Virus record (IMG/VR): IMGVR_UViG_3300020360_000085
Span: 64,001 to 128,000 of that record
Length of the DNA: 64,000 nucleotides
Strand: one strand, 5' to 3'
Source: a virus
Taxonomy: Duplodnaviria > Caudoviricetes
The translations under genes were made by a program, and so were the position numbers. Below the pieces are notes generated by a model that worked only from the letters and a program-made list of their open reading frames with translations, was not told where the DNA came from and did not search any database. How positions within the stretch are numbered: the first letter of the stretch is position 1; each line of letters begins with the position of its first letter. Shown here piece by piece: positions 57,442-64,000 of this stretch.

Positions 57442-60400
57442 ATGGCTGATGATACTACCACCTATGTTCCTGGAAAGGCTTTTACTGGTACAAAAACCAA
57501 AAAAATCCGTATGTCGACTTATCGACCATTTACTGAAGAATACAAGACATGGCTGGCTAGTAAAAATGCTTACTACAATACAGAGCAACCATTTTTAGGT
57601 ACAGGAGAAGTATCAGGCGGTGGAAATTCATATAGTGTAGGTTTATTTGATGCAACATTAAATGAGCGAGATAATTTAGTAGGTGATATGGTTTTATCTG
57701 AGGCATCTGCACAGTCCTTGGTTGCAGATGCACAGGCGCAGACCAGTTTAGAAGACTATCAGACATGGTTCAACGATAATGCTGAAGTATTAAAATTTAT
57801 AGACGAGGAAGATTACGCAAAAATACAAAAAGATTTTGATTCTAAAAAATCTGGTTTCACAGAAGAGTTTCTTGAAGAACAACTAAAAGGCGACAATGCA
57901 GATCATTACAAAGATAATGTTTTACATGAGGCAGTACAACAGGGAAAATATTTACCAAACAGAGTAGTAGGTAATGTAATGGACAGTTATCAAGTTCCAA
58001 TGTATTACTTAAGACTGTTTGTAATGAAAAAAGACGCAGTAGCAAGAATGCATGCCAATATAGACGAAACTGCTGTTGAAAAAATTGCATATAAAATTGA
58101 AAGACCAGATCCTAATGACATAGTTGTTATTGCAGAAACTGGTGCAACTGATTTAACTATAGATGATTTAGAAATAGAACATTTTGCAGATGGAGAAGAC
58201 ACTTTTGCCACAACAAGTTTTAATTGGACTATTACTGAACCAGGAAGTATTACATTATTAGACAGATTGGCGGCCGCAAGAAATTTTTGTGGATTTGTAT
58301 CTGAGGGTGCCGCAAGTGGCGAAACATTTGGCAATAGACCTGCGGCAAATGGCATACCTTATTTTCTGGAAATAAGTTTAAAAGGTTACAAAGACGATGT
58401 GGAAAATATAGACAATGGAGGAGGTACTGCAGAACATATTATTGGGCCTTATATACATGAATTAGCATATTTAAAATTTGATATGAATATAGGTCCTGAA
58501 GGTGCTGTTTATAATTTTAGTGCCCACCCTAAAGACAATATAGGCAGATTTAGTACATTTAATAGAATCAAAGAGCACATTAAAATTACAGGGGAAAGCA
58601 TTACAGAACTACTGGATGCATTAGAAGAAAAATTAGAACAAAGTAATAAACATGCTTACAGGAATAGTGTTGAAAAAGAAGAAAACATTCCCACATATCT
58701 TATAAACTTTGATGGTTTAGTAAATAACCCTTATCAAAAAAATGATCAGTTAAGAGGCGGCGACAGAGGTGCTGATGGCACTTACGAGGGCAGGATAGAT
58801 GAATTTGAAGATTCAGGATATAGAGACAGTTTTGACGATGCAATGGATAGAGGTGCCGCAAATGCAGGATCATACGATCCTGCGTATGCACCTGATGGTA
58901 TAGATAATTTTCTGTATGTTGATCCTACCAGAGTCAATGCTGGAACAACAACATATGATCCTGGTACATTTGGCTCTAGGGGAACATTAGAATCATCATA
59001 TCAAAATGAATATGGAGTAGGAGTTACAGCAGGAACAGGAGGAACAGTTAGTGATTTACTGGGTGAAAACGACGATGCAATATCAATTATTAAAGATTTC
59101 AATAAAGACGTAAATACAGACCCAGATCATGTGCTAACAGAAGAAGAACTAGCAGAAGTAAGAGCAGTTTTAAGCACTCCATCATACGTTACTATAGATG
59201 CAACTGCAGGAACGGCCATAGGAGATATTATAGAGTCTATAATGAGTCTCAGTTATGATTTAATTAATGTTGCCACAAGAATGAGAGATGCAGAAAACCC
59301 AGAGGGAGAAGTTGATAAAACAAAAACTTTTGTAAACTGGTTTAAGGTTACAGAAACTGTGAACTACGATTATGAAAAATATGACAACAAAATGCAAACG
59401 TATATTCCTACTATAGAATACAGAGTAAGACTTACTAAAGAAGCCAGAACAGATGTGGGTATATCTACAAAAGAATTAAGTATGACCCTTACACATGAAG
59501 AGATTGCCTCCAGAATAGAGGAACTTGGAATAGCAAAAGAATACCTGTATTACTTTACAGGACTTAATGATCAAATTATGACATTAGATATGTCTTTTAA
59601 TGAAGCATTTGCCTTAAAGGCTCCACTTTATGGTTCAGATAATTATAGGGAACAATTGGCTTTTGCAAGTGCTAGAGAAGTCAATCAAGATGAAACAGAA
59701 ATGCTAGGATTAGTTCCTGGTATTATGGCAGAAGCAGATGCATCAAATAAAGAAGAAAAAGCAAACAAATTTTTATCTGACATAGAAAATTTATTTAAAA
59801 CAGGTGGAGATGTTGCAGACAGTTTGGGTCAATCTATTAAAACCATTGCAAATGAAATGTATTTGGGAGGTGCATATGATAATGGAGATGCAGTAGTAGA
59901 AGCAATTAAAGGCGGTAACCAGGCTTTAAAAAATGAGTTTGCTGAACAATTGGCTAGATCAGAAATAGGACAACAAGTTGTAAATGCTACTTTAGTAAAA
60001 TCTCAAATTTCACCACAGGACGGATCATCAACTTCATCAGACGGAAATGCAAGTGTAGACAACACCACTATTACTAGCAACGTGCCTTTATTTGCATCTG
60101 AAATTTTTCCTGGATTAGAAGGTAAATCTGATGATCCTAGAATAGAAGCAGAATATGAAAGACAACTGGACGATTTTATAGAACAAAAAATGCAGGTTGT
60201 TGTAGATGCTGGACCTTTAAAATACAGAGAGGGTCCTATTGCAGAAGTAGAAAGAGGATCTGTAAGAGCAACAACGTTTGCACATTTAATGAATTCTTAT
60301 AAAACTGGTGCTGTATCAAATATGAAAATAGACATGGAAATCAGAGGAGATCCATGGTACATGGGTAAAGGCAATTTTTATGATAGCAACAACGACGAAG

Positions 60401-60819
60401 GTGCTGAATCAGATACGCCTGTAGCAGACTTTACAGACTTGAGCGGTATTGCATACAGCAGTGGAAGTAATCAGTTTTTGTTAATGATAGAATCTCCAAG
60501 AAAGTTAGATTTTGATATTAGCGACGAGGACCAGAATACTGGCTTTTATAATTACGGACACCTTAACTATACTATGAGTGGAATATTTATGGTAACAAAA
60601 GTAATATCAAAATTTAGCGGTGGCATGTACACAAATGATGTACAGGCTGTCAGAATGCCTCAATACGAAACTGCAAAAATAGAACAAGTCAGAAAAATTG
60701 TAGATGGAAGAATGAAAAGTAAGACATCAGGCGTTGGTGAAAAAATAGGTGTAGGCACAGGCACAAGTGCAGATTTACCAGGAAATGTTCCTGCAACAGA
60801 TAATGGAGGCACTGATTAA
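57442..60819 (+). CDS. Large baseplate hub protein (gp27-like)
   Basis: Between gp53 and gp5; C-terminal DMEIRGDPW, G.FMVTKVISKFSGG.YT. Confidence 0.6.
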   Translation: MADDTTTYVPGKAFTGTKTKKIRMSTYRPFTEEYKTWLASKNAYYNTEQPFLGTGEVSGGGNSYSVGLFDATLNERDNLVGDMVLSEASAQSLVADAQAQTSLEDYQTWFNDNAEVLKFIDEEDYAKIQKDFDSKKSGFTEEFLEEQLKGDNADHYKDNVLHEAVQQGKYLPNRVVGNVMDSYQVPMYYLRLFVMKKDAVARMHANIDETAVEKIAYKIERPDPNDIVVIAETGATDLTIDDLEIEHFADGEDTFATTSFNWTITEPGSITLLDRLAAARNFCGFVSEGAASGETFGNRPAANGIPYFLEISLKGYKDDVENIDNGGGTAEHIIGPYIHELAYLKFDMNIGPEGAVYNFSAHPKDNIGRFSTFNRIKEHIKITGESITELLDALEEKLEQSNKHAYRNSVEKEENIPTYLINFDGLVNNPYQKNDQLRGGDRGADGTYEGRIDEFEDSGYRDSFDDAMDRGAANAGSYDPAYAPDGIDNFLYVDPTRVNAGTTTYDPGTFGSRGTLESSYQNEYGVGVTAGTGGTVSDLLGENDDAISIIKDFNKDVNTDPDHVLTEEELAEVRAVLSTPSYVTIDATAGTAIGDIIESIMSLSYDLINVATRMRDAENPEGEVDKTKTFVNWFKVTETVNYDYEKYDNKMQTYIPTIEYRVRLTKEARTDVGISTKELSMTLTHEEIASRIEELGIAKEYLYYFTGLNDQIMTLDMSFNEAFALKAPLYGSDNYREQLAFASAREVNQDETEMLGLVPGIMAEADASNKEEKANKFLSDIENLFKTGGDVADSLGQSIKTIANEMYLGGAYDNGDAVVEAIKGGNQALKNEFAEQLARSEIGQQVVNATLVKSQISPQDGSSTSSDGNASVDNTTITSNVPLFASEIFPGLEGKSDDPRIEAEYERQLDDFIEQKMQVVVDAGPLKYREGPIAEVERGSVRATTFAHLMNSYKTGAVSNMKIDMEIRGDPWYMGKGNFYDSNNDEGAESDTPVADFTDLSGIAYSSGSNQFLLMIESPRKLDFDISDEDQNTGFYNYGHLNYTMSGIFMVTKVISKFSGGMYTNDVQAVRMPQYETAKIEQVRKIVDGRMKSKTSGVGEKIGVGTGTSADLPGNVPATDNGGTD

Positions 60820-63140
60820 TGGGTGTTGGAGCAGAAATAGATCAAGATGCCAAAAATAAAGGTGGACTATCTGATGCTGTAGGATCACTTAAATTAACAG
60901 GCATCCATTTGGGTGTTGTAAGATCTACAAAAAGTTATAGTCGTGATGGAAAAATAGTTGTTTATATGTCTGTTTTAGGTGGAACAGGAGATATTAATGA
61001 AGAACCTGATCCAAAGACAAAATTAAGAGTAGGAGAAATAGAAGTACGATGGACTTCTCCATTTGCAGGTATTACAAATGCCGCAGAAAACAATCTGGAA
61101 GATGCAGACCCTAGAGATTACAAACTAGCACAACAGAGTTATGGTTTCTGGATGCAACCACCTGATAGAAATAATATAGTATTGGTATGTTTTGCTAGTG
61201 GTAATATATCTGATGCATACATTGTGTCTTGTGTGCCAGGGCCTTTAGGAAAACAAGCAATGATGCCTGCATGTACAGGTAGCGATTTTACCTATTCTAG
61301 TGGCGCAGGTTACCGTTTGCCTACAACAGAAAAATCTTTAATAGATCCAGTTGCACAGGAAGGCACAGACCAACCTAGACCTGTATATTTAGATGCCGCA
61401 GAAGCACTTGTAAAACAAGGCTTAGTAAATGATGGTGTAAGAGGAACTACAAAGCATGGAATAAAATCTGCAGACACACCTCAAGTTTATGGAATACTTA
61501 CACCTGGCCCACAATCTCCAGATAAAAATGATCCTGAAAGTTACAGATTACCAGGACATAGTTTTGTTATGGACGACACACCAGAAAACAGGCACATCAG
61601 ATTGCGTACTGGAGGTGGTAATCAAATATTAATGAACGATGCTGAAGGCATAATTTACTTGATTAATAAAGAAGGTACAGCATGGGTAGAATTATCTAAA
61701 GATGGCAGTATTAACCTATTTGGTGAAGGCTCAATTAACATGAGAGCAAAAGGCAGTTTTAACATTAGAGCAGATAAAGATGTTAATATAGAAGCAGGTA
61801 AAAATTTAAAACTTAAAGCCGCAGGAGATATGCTAAAAGGAGAGTATGTTGGTATGCCTCCTGGCTATGACATGAAAACACATACTGGAGCAATAGGTTC
61901 TGGAGGTTCTATACATATAGAATCTGTGAGTGGTACAACAATACAAGCAGGAACAAATGCAGTATTAGACGCACATACAGGAGATTTAAGTTTAAAAGCG
62001 GCTAACAGATTAGCCGCAGATGGTAGAAAAATTGATATAATTAGTACTATAAAAAATCCTCCTGCAGGAGATACAGATGCTGTAGGTGGTATTAATATTA
62101 GTTCAGCAGGAGGTCCTGTAGGAATATTAGGAACAACAGGACTTAATTTAGTTGGTACAGCAGGAATAGGATTAGCAGGTGTGCCAATTTTACTTAACTC
62201 GCCACCAGGTGCCGCTGGAATTGTACCACAAATAGGACTACCTGGAAAAGGTGCCAAAAGTATGAGTATGATAGATCATCCAGATTACAGTTCTGAACCA
62301 CCTCCTTTTGATAGAGATAACATAGAAAATTTAATGCCTACAGATGGTGAAAGAGAAGAACTTGATGGTGTACAAAGTATTGTAAGTGTTATGCCTACTG
62401 CAGAGCCTTATGCAGGGCATTATGTTTCTTCAGCAATAGCAGACTCCAATAGTGGAATGATGACTGAAACCACAGACGGAAGTGCTGATGTTGATGATGA
62501 AACTACTACAAGTAATGATCCATTTATAGGCTATAAAACAGAAATTAAAAAAGTTATAGAAGAAGTTAAAAAGAAAAGAAAAGAAGAAGATATGTCAAAC
62601 TTCTTAAAAAATATATCTAAAATTAATATACCTGGGATAGATTTGTTATCTTCAATAGACCCAAATGATCCTAGTTCATTAGCAAATTTAAGTAATTTTA
62701 ATCTTGGTCCATTACAAGGTGAACTAGATGCATTAATGAATTATGAAGGATATTTACAAGGACTTTTGGGTGTAGAATTTCCAATTAACATACCTACTGT
62801 AAATTCTTTAATTGGTGATTATGTAATAGGATATGGTATTAACTTAGATCAATATATGTTTGATTTACAACAATTACAAATAGACTTTAATGGAATTATG
62901 GCAGAAGCAAATAGTTTGATGGATATGGCAAATAACCCTATGGGAATGATTAACGATTTAGCAAATAGCACAATTGGAGATGTTACTAAAAGTTTAGGAA
63001 TAGACAATATTAAAAATGTTACAGATGTAAGTAATTTATCAAGTAGTTTAATGGCAAAAACAAACATGTCATCAGATGATTTAAATGGCATGGTTAATGA
63101 TGTTACTAATGCACTTGCATTGGGAGGTGGAGATGGCTAA
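60819..63140 (+). CDS. gp5: Baseplate central spike (gp5/VgrG-like) without internal lysozyme
   Basis: OB-fold YGFWMQPPD.N..VLVCF; beta-helix GHSFVMDD...IRLRTGGG.QILM; acidic C-terminal extension. Confidence 0.8.
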   Translation: MGVGAEIDQDAKNKGGLSDAVGSLKLTGIHLGVVRSTKSYSRDGKIVVYMSVLGGTGDINEEPDPKTKLRVGEIEVRWTSPFAGITNAAENNLEDADPRDYKLAQQSYGFWMQPPDRNNIVLVCFASGNISDAYIVSCVPGPLGKQAMMPACTGSDFTYSSGAGYRLPTTEKSLIDPVAQEGTDQPRPVYLDAAEALVKQGLVNDGVRGTTKHGIKSADTPQVYGILTPGPQSPDKNDPESYRLPGHSFVMDDTPENRHIRLRTGGGNQILMNDAEGIIYLINKEGTAWVELSKDGSINLFGEGSINMRAKGSFNIRADKDVNIEAGKNLKLKAAGDMLKGEYVGMPPGYDMKTHTGAIGSGGSIHIESVSGTTIQAGTNAVLDAHTGDLSLKAANRLAADGRKIDIISTIKNPPAGDTDAVGGINISSAGGPVGILGTTGLNLVGTAGIGLAGVPILLNSPPGAAGIVPQIGLPGKGAKSMSMIDHPDYSSEPPPFDRDNIENLMPTDGEREELDGVQSIVSVMPTAEPYAGHYVSSAIADSNSGMMTETTDGSADVDDETTTSNDPFIGYKTEIKKVIEEVKKKRKEEDMSNFLKNISKINIPGIDLLSSIDPNDPSSLANLSNFNLGPLQGELDALMNYEGYLQGLLGVEFPINIPTVNSLIGDYVIGYGINLDQYMFDLQQLQIDFNGIMAEANSLMDMANNPMGMINDLANSTIGDVTKSLGIDNIKNVTDVSNLSSSLMAKTNMSSDDLNGMVNDVTNALALGGGDG

Positions 63141-63858
63141 ACCCAGCGAAATGGAAGTATTACGATCAGTAGTAGAAGGTCTTGTCAAAGAAGGAATTAC
63201 ACCTATATTTGATGGACCAAGTATTATTTTAATGGATAAAAAAGGCAATAAAGTGATAAATTTTGCTAATGGATTAGGACCTATTGGTTTAAATTTAACA
63301 ATGATGACTAAACTACAATCTGGTTCAAGAACTGTAAAACAATATGTAAAAGTACCTATATGCGAAAATCAATTATTGGCATTATCTAGTTTTTGTAGCC
63401 ATATTGGTCCTAGTAATTTTATTAGAAGTGGGGTACTAAGAGAACTTAATAATAAACGTTATAATATTATACCTCAAATGCTACAAAGATGGAAAACAGG
63501 TCAAGTGGGCGAATCTAAAACACCAAAAGTAAGACAAGATTTTATACACAGACGTCAATTCGAAGCGGAACTTTTTACTACACCTGATATTGTTAAAATT
63601 GAATTCAATATAGATGATATGAACAGTAAAGTAACTTGGAAACAATTAACTGCTAAATTAAGACGTTTAACAAGAGAAGCATTACAAGAATTAAAAACAA
63701 GACAAGCAAGAGGTGAACTTTTGGAATTTGGCGATATATCAAATATGATAAGACTAAATGATAGATTAAACAATCCGTTAGACGAAATAGTTATAGGTGG
63801 TCCTGTAGATCCAGGATACACACCCCCAGAAGTTCCTATGCCAGGTTTAAAATATTAA
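63133..63858 (+). CDS. GH24 lysozyme-like protein, apparently lacking the N-terminal catalytic region
   Basis: Start after GGAGG; NQLLALSSFCSHIG..NF..S.VLR.LN, RRQFEAELF match the C-lobe of phage lysozymes. Confidence 0.65.
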   Translation: MAKPSEMEVLRSVVEGLVKEGITPIFDGPSIILMDKKGNKVINFANGLGPIGLNLTMMTKLQSGSRTVKQYVKVPICENQLLALSSFCSHIGPSNFIRSGVLRELNNKRYNIIPQMLQRWKTGQVGESKTPKVRQDFIHRRQFEAELFTTPDIVKIEFNIDDMNSKVTWKQLTAKLRRLTREALQELKTRQARGELLEFGDISNMIRLNDRLNNPLDEIVIGGPVDPGYTPPEVPMPGLKY

Positions 63859-64000
63859 GACTGTTTTTTAAGTTCGTCTTGTAAGTCTTGAATTTTTACA
63901 TAAGCACGATATTTCATATCCTGCTCATCTTTAATATTTTTTTCCAGCAATTTAATATGATTTTTTAGAACCTGACATTCGTTATTTTTTTCAACTAACA
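63855..64000 (-). CDS. 3' end of a coiled-coil protein entering from the right edge
   Basis: ...LVEKNNECQVLKNHIKLLEKNIKDEQDMKYRAYVKIQDLQDELKKQS*. Confidence 0.7.
   Translation of the reverse strand, partial: LVEKNNECQVLKNHIKLLEKNIKDEQDMKYRAYVKIQDLQDELKKQS

Noticed and set aside
1-64000. Stop-codon reassignment
   Set aside because: Core genes are full length in the standard code, and TAA, TAG and TGA all act as stops.

Overview
The whole window is phage DNA: an AT-rich segment of a large T4-superfamily myovirus (host not determinable; marine alphaproteobacterial is a weak guess). It holds the core morphogenesis genes (sheath gp18, tube gp19, neck gp13/gp14, tail terminator gp15, head completion gp4, portal gp20, protease gp21, scaffold gp22, capsid gp23, tape measure, baseplate gp26/gp51/gp53/gp5-like), gp46/gp47 and the late sigma factor gp55, broken up by accessory islands. 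No tRNA, rRNA, CRISPR array, integrase, intein or reverse transcriptase was recognised. Main points for a second look: (1) a late-promoter-driven five-gene cluster (PLP enzyme, amidinotransferase, two Fe/2OG-type dioxygenases, NDP-sugar dehydratase) between gp13 and gp14; (2) a catalytic-domain-only GIY-YIG nuclease followed directly by about 480 nt of ORF-free, highly base-paired sequence (candidate large ncRNA); (3) a CsgG/CsgF/curlin-repeat/FecR cassette plus a CHASE2 adenylate cyclase; (4) two candidate programmed -1 frameshifts missed by the ORF track; (5) eight genes with a NATAAATA late box exactly 5 nt before the ATG, implying leaderless late mRNAs. All protein calls come from motif recognition by eye, not database searches.
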